From Phyllobates terribilis (lineage: Eukaryota), in NCBI RefSeq assembly GCF_046119375.1, contig NW_027362763.1, forward strand, positions 220,224,001 to 220,288,000: a stretch of 64,000 nt of DNA, read 5' to 3'. The notes under the pieces were generated by a model, which searched no databases, was not told the DNA's origin, and saw only the letters and a program-made list of their open reading frames with translations. The position numbers and the translations under genes were made by a program. Below, in pieces: positions 60,566 to 64,000 of the stretch. Each line of letters starts with the position of its first letter. Position 1 is the first letter of the stretch.

Positions 60566-63500
60566 AAGGGATGAGGGGGCACACATACCAGGATTGGGGG
60601 ATGAGGGGTGCCATGCATACCAGGATTGGGGATGAGAGTGCCATGCATACCAGGATAGGGGATGAGGGTTGCCATGCATACCAGGATTGGGGATGAGGGG
60701 TGCCATGCATACCAGGATTGGGGATGAGGGGTGCCATGCATACCAGGATTGGGGATGAGGGGTGCCATGCATACCAGGATTGGGGATGAGGGGTGCCATG
60801 CATACCAGGATTGGGGGGTGAGGGGACCATGCATACAAGGATTGGGGGGTGAGGGGACTATGCATACCAGGATTGGGGGGTGAGGGGTGCCATGCATACC
60901 AGGATAGGGATGAGGGGAACCATACAAACCAGGACAGGAATGCGGGGTACCATACATACCAGGATAGGAATGCGGGGTACCATATGTACCAGGATGAGGG
61001 ATGGGGTGCCATGCATACCAGGATTGGGATGAGGGAGCCATACATACCAGGATAGGAATACGGGGTACCATGTATACCAGGATAGGGATGAGGGGTACTA
61101 TACATACCAGGATAGGGATGAGGGGTACTATACATACCAGGATAGGAATTCGGGGTACCATGCATACCAGGATGAGGGATGTGGTACCTTACATACCAGG
61201 ATAGGATTGCGGGGTATAATGCATATCAGGATGAGGGATGGGGTGCCATGCGTACCAGAATAGGGATGAGGGGTACCATGCATACCAGTATAGGGCTGAG
61301 GGGTACCATGCATACCAGGATAAGGGATGGGGTGCCATGCATACAAAGATAGGGATGAGGGAGCCATACTTGCCAGGATTGGGAATGAGGCGTGCCATGC
61401 ATGCTAGGATTGGGGATGAGGGGTGCCATGCATACCAGGATTGGGGATGAGGGGTGCCATGCATACCAGGATTGGGGATGAGGGGTGCCATGCATACCAG
61501 GATTGGGGATGAGGGGTGCCATGCATACCAGGATTGGGGATGAGGGGTGCCATGCATACCAGGATTGGGGATGAGGGGTGCCATGCATAGCAGGATTGAT
61601 GATGAAGGGTGCTATGCATAGCAGGATTAGGGGGTGAGGGGACCATGCATACAAGGATTGGGGGGGTGAAGGGACCATGCATATCAGGATTGGGGGGTGA
61701 GAGGTGTCATGCATACCAGGATAGGGATGAGGGGAACCATACATAACCAGATAGGAATGCGGCGTACCATGCATACCAGGAAGAGGGATGGGGTGCCATG
61801 CATACCAGGATTGGGATGAGGGAGCCATACATACCAGGATAGGAATACGGGGTACCATGCATACCAGGATAGGGATGAGGGATACTATACATACCAGGAT
61901 AGGAATTCGGGGTACCATGCATACCAGGATGAGGGATGTGGTACTATACATACCAGGATAGGATTGCGGGGTATAATGCATATCAGGATGAGGGATGGGG
62001 TTCCATGCATACCAGAATAGGGATGAGGGGTACCATGCATACCAGTATAGGGCTGAGGGGTACCATGCATACCAGGATAAGGGATGGGGTGCCATGCATA
62101 CAAAGATAGGGATGAGGGAGCCATACATACCAGGATTGGGGATGAGGCGTGCCATGCATACCAGGATGAGCGATTGGATGCCATGCATAACATGTTTCTT
62201 GGATGAGGAGGCCATGCATACCAGAATTGGGATGAGGGGTGCCATGTATACCAGGAAGAGGGGTACCATACATACCAGAATAGAGATGAGGGGTACCATG
62301 CATACCAGGATAGGTATGCGGGGTATCATGCATAACAGGATTGGGGGATTAGTGGTGCCATGCATACCAGTGTGAGGGATTGGGTACCATACATACCAGG
62401 ATAGGGATGAGGGGTGCAATGTATACCAGATTTCGAATGAGGGGTGCCATGCATACCAGCATTGGGGATGAGGGGTGCCATGCATACCAGGATTGATGAT
62501 GAGGGGTGCCATGCATAGCAGGACTGGGGATGGGGGGTGCCATGCATAGCAGGATTGGGGATGAGGGGTGCCATGCATTCCAGGATTGGGGATGAAGGGT
62601 GCAATGCATAGCAGGATTAGGGATGAGGGGTGCCATGCATACCAGGATTGGGGATGAGGGTTGCCATGCATACCAGGATTTGGAATGAGGGGTGCTATGC
62701 ATACGAGGATTGGGGATGAGGGGTGCCATGAATAGCAGGATTGGGGATGAGGGGTGCCATGCATAGCAGGATTGGGGGTAAGGGGTGTCATGCATAGCAG
62801 GATTGGGGATGAAGGGTGCAATGCATAGCAGGATTAGGGATGAGGGGTGCAATGAATACCAGGATTGGGGATGAGGAGTGGCATTCATACTAGGATTGGG
62901 GATGAGGGGGTCATGCATACCAGGATAGGAATGAGGGGTATCATGCATAAGAGGATAGGGATGTGGGAGGGCTATTCATACCAAGATTTGGATGAGGGTC
63001 CATGCATACCAGGATAGGGATGAGAGTACCATCCATACCAGGATGAGTGGTACCATACATACCAGGATAGGGATGAGGGATGGGGTACCATGCATTCCAG
63101 GATAAGGATGAGGAGTGCCATACATACCAGAATAGGGATGAGGGGTACCATGCATATCAGGATAGGAATGTGGAGTACCATGCATACCAGGATGAGTGAT
63201 GGGCCGCCATGCTTACCAGGATTGGGGATGAGGAGACCATACATACCAGGATTGGGGGGATGAGGGGTACCAAGAATACCAGGATTGGGGAATGAGGGGT
63301 ACCATGCATACCAGGATTGGGGATGAGGGGTGCCATGCATACCAGGATTGGGGATGAGGGGTGCCATGCATACCAGGATTGGGGATGAGGGGTGCCATGC
63401 ATACCAGGATTGGGGATGAGGGGTGCAATGCATACCAGGATTGGGGATGAGGGGTGCCATGCATACCAGGATTGATGATGAGGGGTGCCATGCATAGCAG

Positions 63501-64000
63501 GACTGGGGATGAGGGGTGCCATGCATTGCAGGATTAGGGATGAGGGGTGCCATGCATACCAGTATTGGGGATGAGGGGGTCATGCATACCAGGATAGGAA
63601 TGAGGGGTATCATGCATACGAGGATAGGGATGTGGGAGGGCCATTCATACAAAGATTTGGATGAGGGTCCATGCATACCACGATAGGGATGAGGGTACCA
63701 TCCATACCAGGATGAGGGGTACCATACATATCAGGAGAGGGATGATGGATGGGGTAAGGATGAGGAGTGCCATACATACCAGAATAGGGATGAGGGGTAC
63801 CATGCATACCAGGATGAATGATGGGCTGCCATGCATACCAGGATTGGGGGATGAGGAGACCATACATACCAGGATTGGGGGATGAGGGTTACCAAGAATA
63901 CCAGGATTGCGGAATGAGGGGTACCATGCATACCAGGATTGGGGATGAGGGGTGCCATGCATGCCACGATTGGGGATGAGGGGCGCCATGCATACCAGGA
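60566..64000. repeat. 29-31-bp minisatellite (CATGCATACCAGGATTGGGGATGAGGGGTGC)n with higher-order block duplications; runs off the window
   Basis: 31-bp core variant; blocks ~60900-61400 and ~61720-62150 are similar, as are ~62900-63250 and ~63560-63900. Confidence 0.95.

Noticed and set aside
57253-63989. Long His/Pro/Met-rich ORFs (e.g. 369, 396, 366 and 531 aa)
   Set aside because: Open in several frames on both strands because of the 30-bp minisatellite.

Overview
Eukaryotic, host-gene-free, almost entirely repeat-derived DNA. The family mix (hAT, Tc1, Penelope-like, L1, solo LTRs, TTAA-flanked non-autonomous elements) suggests a frog or other anuran; that assignment is inference only. 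The window is dominated by unusually large hAT DNA transposons. (1) 3434-14596 has a perfect 8-bp TSD, an apparently intact 1233-aa transposase, a ~109-bp satellite upstream of the ORF, and a 3' cargo block holding an 18S rRNA fragment, an L1 RT fragment split by a solo LTR, and a DD37E Tc1-like element. (2) 24573-37582 has a disrupted transposase, a 150-bp satellite upstream and 52/~116-bp repeats downstream. It also carries a ~2.3-kb block of scrambled, tandemly amplified ANTISENSE pieces of hAT transposase, whose sense strand reads as repeated 122-aa signal-peptide-like, GGWGP-repeat ORFs. Three further hAT derivatives, a complete Tc1, Penelope fragments with hammerhead-like termini, a piggyBac-like non-autonomous element, MITEs and 30/31-bp minisatellites make up most of the rest. 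The most interesting candidate system is cargo-carrying giant hATs with built-in antisense modules. All calls are by eye; no searches were run.
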